This document shows positions 14,278 to 24,516 of a stretch of DNA of 64,000 nucleotides, in pieces. The notes under the pieces are model-generated. The model ran no database searches. It was not told the DNA's origin and worked only from the letters and a program-made list of their open reading frames with translations. The DNA is from Lama guanicoe (taxonomy: Eukaryota), in NCBI GenBank assembly GCA_013239625.1, contig MU053365.1:622001-686000 (forward strand), written 5' to 3'. Position 1 is the first letter of the stretch. The number at the start of each line of letters is the position of its first letter. Position numbers and translations under genes: made by a program.

Positions 14278-14602
14278 CAGCAGTCAGCACACTAAGTTTT
14301 GCAAGTCAAATTCACCCAACTGTCTGTTTCTGGATGGCTCACAGGCTAAGTAAGAATAGTTTTTACACTGTAAGATGGTTGAAAGGAATCAAAAGAATAT
14401 TTTGTGACCTATGGAAATATGGAATATTTGACTCGCAGGATCCATATATAAAATGTTATTGGCACACAGCCATGGCCATTCATTTACATGTTGTCTATGG
14501 CTGTCCTCACATTACAGGGGCAGAGGTGAGGATTTGCCACAGACCAAAGGGCTCCCAAAGCAGAAAATATTTACTTCACAGAAAAAATTGCCCACCTCAA
14601 CT
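14278..14602. mobile_element. hAT-Charlie MITE, MER58(B)-like
   Basis: aaatgttattggcacacagccatggccattcatttacatgttgtctatggctg...aaaatatttact...acagaaaaaattgcccacc; about 325 bp. Confidence 0.8.
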
Positions 14603-14916
14603 CTAGTTCATAATTGAGTCAACGATATTAACAAATTACTTTTTTCTCTATTACTTAATTAGAAAGAAACTTTATACCTGCTACTCTAAAGGAATTTGAA
14701 AAATCACTTCTCTACTGTTGTACCGAACAGTTTATTCACAGTAAAACTGAAGAGCTTCAAGAGAATTTGGCTCAGAAGCTTTGCAGACTAAACCTGAGTT
14801 CAGTTCTGAGGTGCGGAAGCCCACCTCCCTCTCGCAGACTGGCTCAGGTTTTCCACAAAAAACACTGCTGGCCTCTCTCCACTCCCAGCCTGGGAAGTGG
14901 GAAGAATGACCCCTCT

Positions 14917-15357
14917 CATAGTGGGCTGGCTAGTGTCTCCGCAAAACTCACGTCTACCCAGAACTTCAAAATGTGGCTATTTGGAAATATGGTCCTTGCA
15001 GATGGAATCATTTAAGAATCTAGACATGAAATCATCTTGGATATAGAGTGGGCCTTAAATTCAATTACTGGTGTCCTTATACGAGGGGGAGAGGACACAG
15101 AGAGACACAGAGGAGAAGGCTACGTGAAGATGAAGGCAGAGAGTGGAGCGATGTGGCCACAAGCCAAGGAATGCCTGGGGCCACCAGAAGCTGGGAGAGG
15201 CCAGGGGGATCCTGTTCTAGAGCCTTTGGAAGGAGCTCAGCCCTGCCAATACCTTTTTGGATTTCTAGACTCCGTAACTGTGGGAGAATCAATTTCTGGT
15301 GTTTTAAGCCACCCAGTTTATAATACTCTGTTACGGTATGTACAGAAAACTAATATG
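14917..15357 (+). mobile_element. MaLR solo LTR, MLT1C-like
   Basis: tatttggaaatatggtccttgcagatg...gccacaagccaaggaatgcc...ccaccagaagctgggagagg...ttttaagccacccagttt...aaactaata. Confidence 0.88.
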
Positions 15358-16099
15358 GCTCTTGTTTCCAGAATCTTGTAACATTTTCAAAGGCCTTTCA
15401 CAGCGCTTTAGGTCATGCATTCTCATAGTGCTTTTCTGAGTAGGCAGTCTATGGATTCCCTGCATTTTTTTGCTGAGGTACAGGGAGACTCACTCATTTA
15501 GCATCTATGGATAAAAGCCATGGATCCTTCCTGCTCCCTGCTAACTACTCTTGAAATTTGATGATCTGTCATTTTTTTTCCATTAATATACTTGGGGCAG
15601 AGGCGCAGGACTCAAACATTTGAGAGACATCTTATTCCTTCCATAGAAATTATTTACATGCGCACTTTTTATTGACCCCTCATTCACATCTAATGTTTAT
15701 CCAGCGGGTGGTTGTGTTTCAGCCACAGAAATCCAGATTTCAGCTCTGCTCTCTGAGCCTTCTGCTAAAATCATCCTACCAAACAGACAAAAACTCAGAA
15801 ATTTTACGAACCAAGGGAAGGTCCGCTAACAAGTTGTGTCATATGTTACTCATTTAGAAATATTGCAAAAACACTACTTCTCACCATTTTTGTAAATGAA
15901 AAACACATGACTGTAACCTGTAATACCACAGGGAAAATTGCTCTTTTGCTAGGTTTGGCTCCTGACTTTTGAAATATGAACCCATCAAGGGAATTTCAAC
16001 TTAAGCTGGATTCAGCTCATTATTCTCCTGGCCCTTATGTGCCAGTAGAGAGGCTCATTGTAGAAAATTAACCCATACGTATACAGGAGCACACCGTAC

Positions 16100-16665
16100 A
16101 CTGAATGGAAGTGGCACTAATGACCTGGGTTCTAGTCCAAGCGTTGCCAGTTGCTGGCTGTGTGACTTTAGATAAGTAACCCTCAGTCTCTCTGAGACTA
16201 CATTTTTGCATCTGTGAAAAGGGGATGATGATAATCCCGGACCATATAAAAATCAAATCAAAATAAGATGGCTGGAGGGTGCAGGGGAAATGGTAAGATG
16301 TTGGTCAAAAGGTACAATGTTTCAGTGGTGCAGGATGGATAAGCTCTGGAGACCTAATGTACAGAGTGGTGACTATAGTTAACGATAACATACTGTACAC
16401 TTGAAATCTGCTAAGAGGGTAGCTCTTAAGTATTCTCACCACATACACAAAAAAGTGGTAGCTATGTGAGGTGATGGATATGTTAATTAGCATGATCCTG
16501 GAGGTTATCTCACGTTTATGTATATGAAAACATCAAGTTGTACACCTTGAATATATACAATTGTCATTTATCAATTATACCTCAACAAAGCTGGAAAAAA
16601 TAAGATAATGTAACTGAAAGCAATTGTAAACTCTAAGTATAAAGGTAATAGCTTTTTGTTATTGT
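16100..16665 (+). mobile_element. MIR SINE interrupted by an L1 insertion
   Basis: gacctgggttctagtcc...gctgtgtgactttagataagtaaccctc...tctgtgaaaaggggatgatgata up to ~16259; resumes after 16606 with aatgtaactgaaagcaattgtaaactc. Confidence 0.75.
16270..16596 (+). mobile_element. L1MA-type 3' UTR fragment with 10-bp TSD
   Basis: ggtcaaaaggtacaatgtttcagt...tctggagacctaatgtacag...tatacctcaacaaagctggaaaaaa; TSD aaaataagat at 16260-16269 and 16597-16606. Confidence 0.88.
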
Positions 16666-17424
16666 CACTTGTATAATAAACTCTACCTGGTGACCAAAGC
16701 ACAGCACTTTTTAAAAAGATAGTTAATTAAAGAATATTTGCTTTCAAGTCAATTAAAAAAAAACTTAAGAATCTTACACCAGCCATAAAGAGGTTTATAA
16801 CTCCTCTCTAAAGCCCTTCGCATTCACGATTTGGCTTGAATCAATATGGTTCTCTACCTGTCAATTTTTCTGATTCTTTAACACACACTGTGAACGCTCT
16901 GTTTTTTATGACTGGCTCAGAATGTACTAAGCTAATCGATACATCCAGTGATAACAGGGTGATTTGGAACACAAGTAACAAAAGCTTATCACTTTACTGC
17001 ATACTGAATCTGTCAAAATATTTTCCTAGAAGGAATGTGAAAATAGAAGTTCTCCATCTTTCATTACATGAGTGGGTGGTGACAAAGGGATGAGGAGGCT
17101 ACTGCCTGAGTTCACTGCTCAGTGTTTTCCAGTGAAATGCAGCATATCGCTGTGCATCTTTAAAAATGAGTTGAAATTTAATAATACTCCAGGCTGAATT
17201 GGTATCCAGTTCCCAAAGAAGATCCAATTCTAGTTTGCCCATATTTACCTAGTCTTAAAAACTCACCAACTATTCTGAAGGCTGGCAGTGAGAGTTTGGC
17301 AGGCAGGGCTCACCCCCCTCCAGCCCGTCCTGTGGCCTGTACTCTTGGAGGGATACGGGTGGGGGCGGTGGCTGAAGTAACTTTACAAACAAGGTGGGCT
17401 AGGGCTTAACCACAAAGGCGAAGC

Positions 17425-17600
17425 GTGCTCTAGGAGATTTACAGCTAGAAGAAACCTCACTGATGAGCTAGTCTAAACTCCCCATATAACAAGAGACCCA
17501 GAGAGGGAAAATCACCGTCTCAAGTTCACAAAGCAAACCCAAGCCAGAACCCACATCTCAGTAGACCTCGTTCAAACTCTACTTTGTACTGTACCACACA
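17425..17600 (-). mobile_element. MIR/MIR3 relic
   Basis: tttacagctagaagaaacctc...ctagtctaaactcccc...gagacccagagaggg...caagttcaca. Confidence 0.45.
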
Positions 17601-17962
17601 TTCCCTCGCAGAAGATTTACTTCCAGTTAGTTCACAAAAAATCACTGAAGTTATTAATAAATCATGATATTTTTAAATGTGTCATTATTAAAGATGACTT
17701 AAATTGGCATAGGATAAAAATCAAAGTGGTTTTCTTTTCAGAATAAGAATAAATCAATCTTTCCAAGCCAAAAAAAATGTTAAAAGTGACAAGGGATTTA
17801 AAAGCACAGAACACCAAGACAGTTGCACTAAAACCAAATAGTCTAATTCATTTTAAAAAATGGAATGTTGAAATAGCTGACATGGTTCCAGGATGCTGAT
17901 GGCTAAATCACTGACATATAGCCTTAGAAAAAGAAAGTATATATGCTAAAGAACAGGATTTG

Positions 17963-18082
17963 AGGAAATGAGAGAGAAAGAAAGGAAGAAAGGAAAAAAG
18001 GAAGAAAGGAAGAAAGAAGGAAAGAAAGGAAGAAAGAAAGAAAGAGGGAGGGAAGGCAGGAAGGCAGGAAGGAAGGAAGGAC
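17963..18082 (+). repeat. Polypurine (GAAA/GGAA/GGCA)n tract
   Basis: Read directly; it produces the low-complexity ORF 17908..18216. Confidence 0.9.
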
Positions 18083-21000
18083 AGACCCCAGGCATTTGCA
18101 TAACCTCTACTAGGCCAAGGGTGAGATGTCTTCCTGAGTCTGACTAGCGCTAATGAGACAATGGAGGGAAAGGGACTAACGAAGGGCAGGGAAAGAGCAT
18201 GGTTTAGAACAAGCATTCTGCACTATTTTAGAAAGAGCCTCGGGAAAGCATGCGGAAGAAAACTGATACCTAAAGAGCAAGAAATAAGATGTGCTTTCTG
18301 GTAAGGGAACAGAGAGCACAGGCACTCTGAAATGACTGTTTGAATCACTGAGAGCAACGGGCCTGAGTGAGTTCCTAGGTCACCACCCGATCAGCCACTG
18401 GGACCGTGGAGTTTCAAGTCCAGCATCACAATCTGGATGCCACATCACCTCGGCAGTCAGAACACTGAAGACTCTGGCTCTCGAGCCTTATCTCACTTTG
18501 GTCCTATAAACCCGCAGCTGCACACAAACTGGCCCGTGCTCAGAATACACCTTGCGTGTCCTTATGCTTTTTGTACCTGCCAGTCTCTCCGCCGTCACTA
18601 TGCGTGTATATGAACTGCCCTGTCCTCCAGATCCCTCGTCACCTATTGTGATTCCACCCTGTATTCAAGGTCAAGTTCAAAACCTATCTTGCATTCTGTC
18701 TCTGAGAAACCTTCTGGGGTTACTCCTATGTGTCACTTTCCAGTGAGATGGCCCTGTGATTGTCAGGATGATGTCAGCTGCCCCTCCCCAAGACATCTTT
18801 TTTCATCACTGAACTATGACAATCAATTAAATCTTCTCCCAGCATCTCTGACTTCTCCATCAAAATGTGAGGCTCCGTGTTCTACTCGCATTACTGACTA
18901 TTCTTTTCAGATGTTCAGTTAAAGCCACATCATTCAGCTTAGGGAGACACTGAAGTTAGAGGGGAAATGAAGAGGTGTGGTAAGGAAAATGAATTTTCAT
19001 CCCAATGAGACCAAGCAGTTGGAAGAGTTAGTCAAAAAGCATGAAGGAAAAGCAACTACCAGCTGATGGACTGGTAGAGGAGATACAAAGCTTTCTGGAT
19101 CCTCCTACAGTTCTATGGGATAAATCTTAAGGTCAAGGTCTCTGACGGCACCCTTGAATGTGAGGATTTTCAAGGGTATCTCCATTCATTTCCAATGAGG
19201 TGGGAATTAAACCAGTTACAGCCTTGAACCGAATGCTATTTTATTTCCGTAAGAATGGACAAAAGATAAATTCATGATGTACATGAAGTGAAAAAGGCTT
19301 GCACACAGAAGCTGGATGGCCCCCCGTTCTATGAAGGAGCTGTCTCAATGGTTTCTGCGCATCCAGCACACGAATGTTACGTTCCCAGCATTCCCTGCAG
19401 TTCTCACACAAGGGACCTGAGCTTCCTATCTACTGATAATAAACAAAGCTCATCACACCCACAGCGTTCATTCACCATACAGGATAGAAACCAAGGCAGG
19501 CACGGTCACAAATGTGAGCAATAACTTTTCAGCTGGTTGACAAAGCTAGCCACGAAAATAAGCTAAGCCAAACCCCATCACTCATATCAATTCCATTACA
19601 CTTTTTTAAGAGATTCCTAATTTTGAGGCAGTTAGAGCCTCAGATAGTCTTAGGTCACAGCCAAGAGCACCTCGTAAAGCAAATGACCCTTTTATGGTGA
19701 TGGCACTCTGCACATTTGTACTGTACCTATGAAAGTTTATTGCGTTAGGATGGAAACACTCAATGCATGTCACTGATCCCTTCATTTGCATGTAATTACT
19801 TCCTTCTCAAACAATAGTAGTAACAAATGGTACCAAAATACAAAGCTACCTACACCAGCAGATTTTTATCCTAATGAAAAAATAAGTCAAAACATCTGTA
19901 ACGAAGTCATGTATAGAGCTACATTTATTAACAAATTCATTTCCCAACAAAACACCGTCTGCAAGCAATCCTTAGTTTCCACTTGATATAAATAGGTCTT
20001 TCACGGTTTTCAGATGCAATCCCCAGAAAATTCTTCTAAGTGCAACTGCAGAACACATCAGTCTTTTTTTTTTTTCAGTTGCCTGGAATAATAGTAAATT
20101 CTGTAACATCAACTTTTTAAATAAATGCTTTGTTTAAAAAGCATGCTTCAATTGAAAAGCTGACCTCTGGCAACAAAGTTGGTTAGACTTTATTAGTATT
20201 TATTTGTACCCGTTTTAGCTAGTATTTATTGGTATCCTTAGTATTGGCACAGAAATTCTAAGAAGCAAGGGGATTCTTAGGGATGGGAAATAATTAAAAT
20301 TTCCCCCCTATATATACAAGTGTAGACACATAAACGTATACGGACACACATGCACGCACATTGCATCTCAATAATAGCTGATGATCTCTCAACTCACAAA
20401 TTTAATCATATCTTCTTATTTGTATACCTCAGAATGTGTCTTTTTCCTGGTCATTCAACCCCCCCCACTGCTCCCAAATGCACAACACATCAGCCCCCCG
20501 TCACTAGAGCGAGGGGAAGAGTTGAGAAAACTCAAAGACATCCTATGACTGCTCCATGGACAAGCCTTTTAAGTAATAACTCAAAGGAATGGTACCACTA
20601 ACTGAAGATGGCTACTTCGACTAGAGACCCAGAACCCCATGCCGGAGCTCTCGGCGCCAGGGGCTGGGGCTGAATTCTAATACTAAGTGCTTTTGAAAAG
20701 TGCATCAAGATTTAATGGGGTGAATTTCCAGGCCTGGTCAGAGTTTTAGCCACATAAATTCCATTAGCTTCAAAGTTCCATAACGCTCCACCCTGTCTAC
20801 ATTTATGCCCACATTTTAATCTACACTCTTCTAAATTCTCTGGTAGGCTGTCTAACCTCTCATTATCTTTCCTCCTATTTCTGGTTTTCACATCACCAAA
20901 TGTGAAAGCCTGTATGTGCTCCTGACTTGAGGGCCGTGACCTTCTCTCTACCCTTCTTCCAAATCCTTCCTTGAGACCTGTATTTTAAAATACGGACTTT

Positions 21001-21704
21001 CTTCACAGATCACTGATCATGACTTTATTGCACCTGACCCATTTTTTCATATGAAGTTCTACCAAAAAGTCTATCTGGACCACTCCCAAAGGCGTCGTGC
21101 ATACAGGTGGCTTCTCGGCTCATCCTCTCCAGAGCTGATGGCAGCTCAGACTCTGGAAATGTACTTCTCATTGGTGCGCCAGCACATGGAGAGAGAGCAT
21201 GGAGTCGTCTCTGAATCTGCATCAGCCACGGGGTGACTGGATAAGAGAGAGAAGGCTACAGCGAAGTGGATCTCACTGGGGCTGTGACCTGTCACTCTGC
21301 CAATGAGGTGCTGATTCAGGCTGACAGACCTCTTGATGGGCCAGAGCTACTTGCAGACCAGTCCTGAGCGATGGCCTTGCCATGTAAAGAGGGGACAGCA
21401 GCAGATACCAGGGCAAGAAAAGGGGTGAGAATGGTGTCCCACTTTCCCATTAGATGCCCCCTCTTTCCAAGGAGGTTTCTTTCTGGTTTTTGCGTATCAC
21501 AATCCTGTATTAAGTCATCCAGCGGAAACTAGGATTAGGATTTTCAAGTGACTGTGCAGGGGAACAGTAGACTGAGACACAGGCAGACAGAGTACAGAGA
21601 AAGAAATACCATCGATGATGGGTTTTCTAGCAGTCGTTTACCTTTGTTCGTGTTATTTGATTAACATGATGGCTTAGAAAATGTAAGCAAGTACCCATTT
21701 TTGA

Positions 21705-22475
21705 AGTTCATTCTTTCAACAAACATTTATTCAGGATCTACTATGTGCCAGGCATTTGCTAGGCGCTTGGGATACAGAGAAGAACGAGGCATTCCTTGCT
21801 CTCAGGGAGCTCACAGTCTAACAGAGGAGACAGACACACAGACAAGGAACTACAATACAATGAAAGAAGGGCCAGCCAAGGGGTGTATAAGGCACTTGGC
21901 GAGCCCCGAGGAAGGGGGCTGTAACTAAGCCTGGGCCAATTAGGCATGCTTTTGCAGAGAAAGTGACAGCTGGGAAGATGTGAAGGAGAAACAGGACTTC
22001 ACCAGGAAGACAAGGGAGTGGAGGGAGAGACATTCTAGGCTGAGGAGGCAGCAGGCACAAAAGCAAGGAAGCGTGGAAAAGCATGATGTGCCGGGGAACC
22101 ACAGGCAGCTCTGTGGGGCTGGGGTTTCATTTGTATATGAAGAACTCATGAGGTGTGAGGTCAGGAAGGGAGTATGGAATCAGAGAGTGATGAGCTCGGT
22201 ATGCAAGACTAAGAAATTTGGACTTCTTCCTGGCAGCAATGAGAAGGCACTGAAGACTCCAAAGCAGGGAGTGACATGGTCAGATCTGCCCGTTAGATCA
22301 ACCAGAATGGAGGATGGTTTGAACGAGAAGTGAGACTAGACGGAGGGGGACCAGATAGGAGGCAGTCCAGGCGAGAGATGCTCACAGGTGCTTCGAAGGC
22401 AGTGAGGATGAAGAGGTGACAGACTGGAGAGATACTTGGGAGGAAGATGACAAGACTTGATGGATGATGATACAA
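21705..22475 (-). mobile_element. L2 LINE relic with 3' terminus
   Basis: ttcattctttcaacaaacatttattcaggatctactatgtgccaggc...ccttgctctcagggagctcacagtcta...; canonical L2 reverse complement. Confidence 0.85.
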
Positions 22476-23655
22476 ACAGCAAAACCACCTCAGAAATGAA
22501 ACAATATTCAAAACATGCATTCTGAAAATACAACCAGCAGCCCCAGCTCTCCCCACCTCTGTGTCCTCATCGTCCTCTGACATCACCGCATCTGCTGAGT
22601 ATGAATAAAGGGCACAGATGGTCAGACTTCTCTAACTGAGACACCACTAACTTGGACTGTGCCACCATTCAGAAAGACTGACTATGACTCCTATTGAGTA
22701 AGAATTTCAACTTACTTTCTTCCTCTGTGTCTTTTCAAGCCTTTAGTCACCAGTGACAGGAATCCAATCTAAAAAGCAGTGGTTTCTTCCAATCAAGCAC
22801 TTGAGGTACAGTAGGCAGTTGCTTACGTGGTGGAATCTGAGGGGCACCAAATATATGTCTCCCACCCAGGGGCCACAAGGTCTGGGATCCAATCATTAGC
22901 GATTCATTCCTTTGGGAGAGGCTTTGGTCCCTCTGGATTTCTCTTTTACAAGGCAATGATTCCCGAGATAGGTAAAACATTTAGCCATTCCAAACCCCTT
23001 GGGATTTTGTTTGAGCATAGTGCATTTGGCTTTGACAGAAGGGATCAAGGTAGCGTAAGAGGGTTATGTAGGCATCTGTAGAAGAAGGTGATGCAGAAGG
23101 AAAGACTGAGGGATACAGAAGATAATGTTAAGATCTTGCCAAGGAACAGCCCTGCCAGCACTCAAGAAACTAAGATTCTGAAAGAATGCCTTCCACTTCC
23201 GGTTCCAGCAAATCCCACGTGCACATCCTTGTACCTTAAGGAATGTCTGTGTTTTGTGTTTATGACATGCTATTGGCTAGTGAAGGCCCATGGTGACTCA
23301 GTCTTTTCATGTACCTCCTACTGCTACGGCCAATGAAAATCTCCAGTGTTATTAATGTGTACATAATATTACTACAAATGCGTTCTCTGAAACTATTTCA
23401 TAACTCCAACTTTTCATTCACTCAGACCGAACCTTCCTTGTCTTTTGTCATTCCAAATTACGGCGATTTAACTGTATTAGCAGAGTGTTAATCAGTCAAG
23501 TCACAAGTGACAGCAGATCAAGACTCAGACTCTGACTTTGAAGAGTCTCACCTACAGCTCAAGACGGCAAAGAACTGCTTGTGAAAACTTGACTACAGAG
23601 GTTAGAGCAGTGAACTAAAAAAGAAAAGTGAAACAAAACTTTAAAAATTACTTAC

Positions 23656-24516
23656 TTCACTTGTTTGGAGAATCGTGAACTTTGGCAGTTTAGTCTTTGA
23701 ACTGGGTGCAGTGGGCTTTCCATCCAAGAGTGATCCAAACGACAGATTTCCAAAGCTGTTCTCGAATTCAATCGAAGGTTTCAGTGTGGGAGAGATGTCC
23801 GGTGCTTGGTCCTGACCATCCATGGGTCTGACATACGCGGTCGGTTTCTGCTGCCCCATGCTTGTTTTGCAGTAAAGCCCTGGTGGGAAGTTTTGAACGG
23901 AAAGGCCACTGCTGGGAGCTAATAAAGAGGAGGCAACTAGGGGGGAGCTCGGCGCCTGCACTGTGAACTCACATTCTTCTGGGGAGTTGGATTGAAAGAT
24001 TTCTTTGAAAGTATCCCCTCCACTGGATTTGAGATTACTGTCTTCTTTTGCAGCTGGGTTGGACTCTTCAACTGCTCCAGCTTGAGGCTGCTCAGCTGGG
24101 TAGACAAAGAAGTCTTCCAGTCTGGCTGGGGGCGGGTCCTGCGTCGCCGGCTGCATCTTGTTTGGCTGACTCCCGGCCTGGCTGGCCGGGACAATGCTAG
24201 CGTTATGACTATCTCGGGGCCAGTCAGGTTTGGATTTCCTGTTGCTGTGGATCAGAGTTGAATTCAGTATCACGACAGAAGGTGGAGGCATTGGTGCCGA
24301 GGAGTGAGTGTTATCCTGGTGAGGTGGGATCATTCGGTTCTTTTGTTCTGGAAAAAAGCTTGGTTCATTTTTGTTGATGGGAGTCTGGGGCACGGGATTC
24401 TTTGGGATTCCCACTAGATGATTCTGATTAGAATGGTTAGTTAGCAAATCCTTCATTTCATCATAGTTTCCCAGCGTGTTCTGGACTCGGTTGGCAAGTG
24501 CATCACCTTTGTTTGT
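23656..24516 (-). CDS. AFF2: AFF2/FMR2 coding exon 3 (861 nt, 287 codons, phase 0-0), N-terminal homology/ALF region
   Basis: Acceptor ctttttgttattttAG|ACA AAC AAA GGT and donor AGT GAA|GTaagt. Translation [39 protein letters not shown]...[25 protein letters not shown]...[15 protein letters not shown] 23641..24456 is the internal-Met part of this exon. Confidence 0.98.
23821..23847 (-). other. AFF2: Coding motif [14 protein letters not shown]3 ligase degron (PxAxVxP) of AFF proteins
   Basis: Reverse complement of catgggtctgacatacgcggtcggttt encodes KPTAYVRPM, the established AFF1-4 SIAH-binding motif. Confidence 0.92.

Noticed and set aside
14217..15381. ORFs of 82-129 aa
   Set aside because: They overlap the MER58-like and MLT1 elements and have no recognisable protein similarity.
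20195..20248. Degenerate tandem tagtatttatt repeats
   Set aside because: Short local slippage duplication with no sign of function.
23937..24261. ORFs 23937..24194 (-) and 23992..24261 (+) as overlapping genes
   Set aside because: Short alternative-frame and antisense shadows of the GC-rich AFF2 exon 3 with no independent support.
23641..24456. 271-aa ORF as a standalone single-exon gene
   Set aside because: It starts at an internal Met and runs past the GTAAGT donor; the true exon is 23656-24516.
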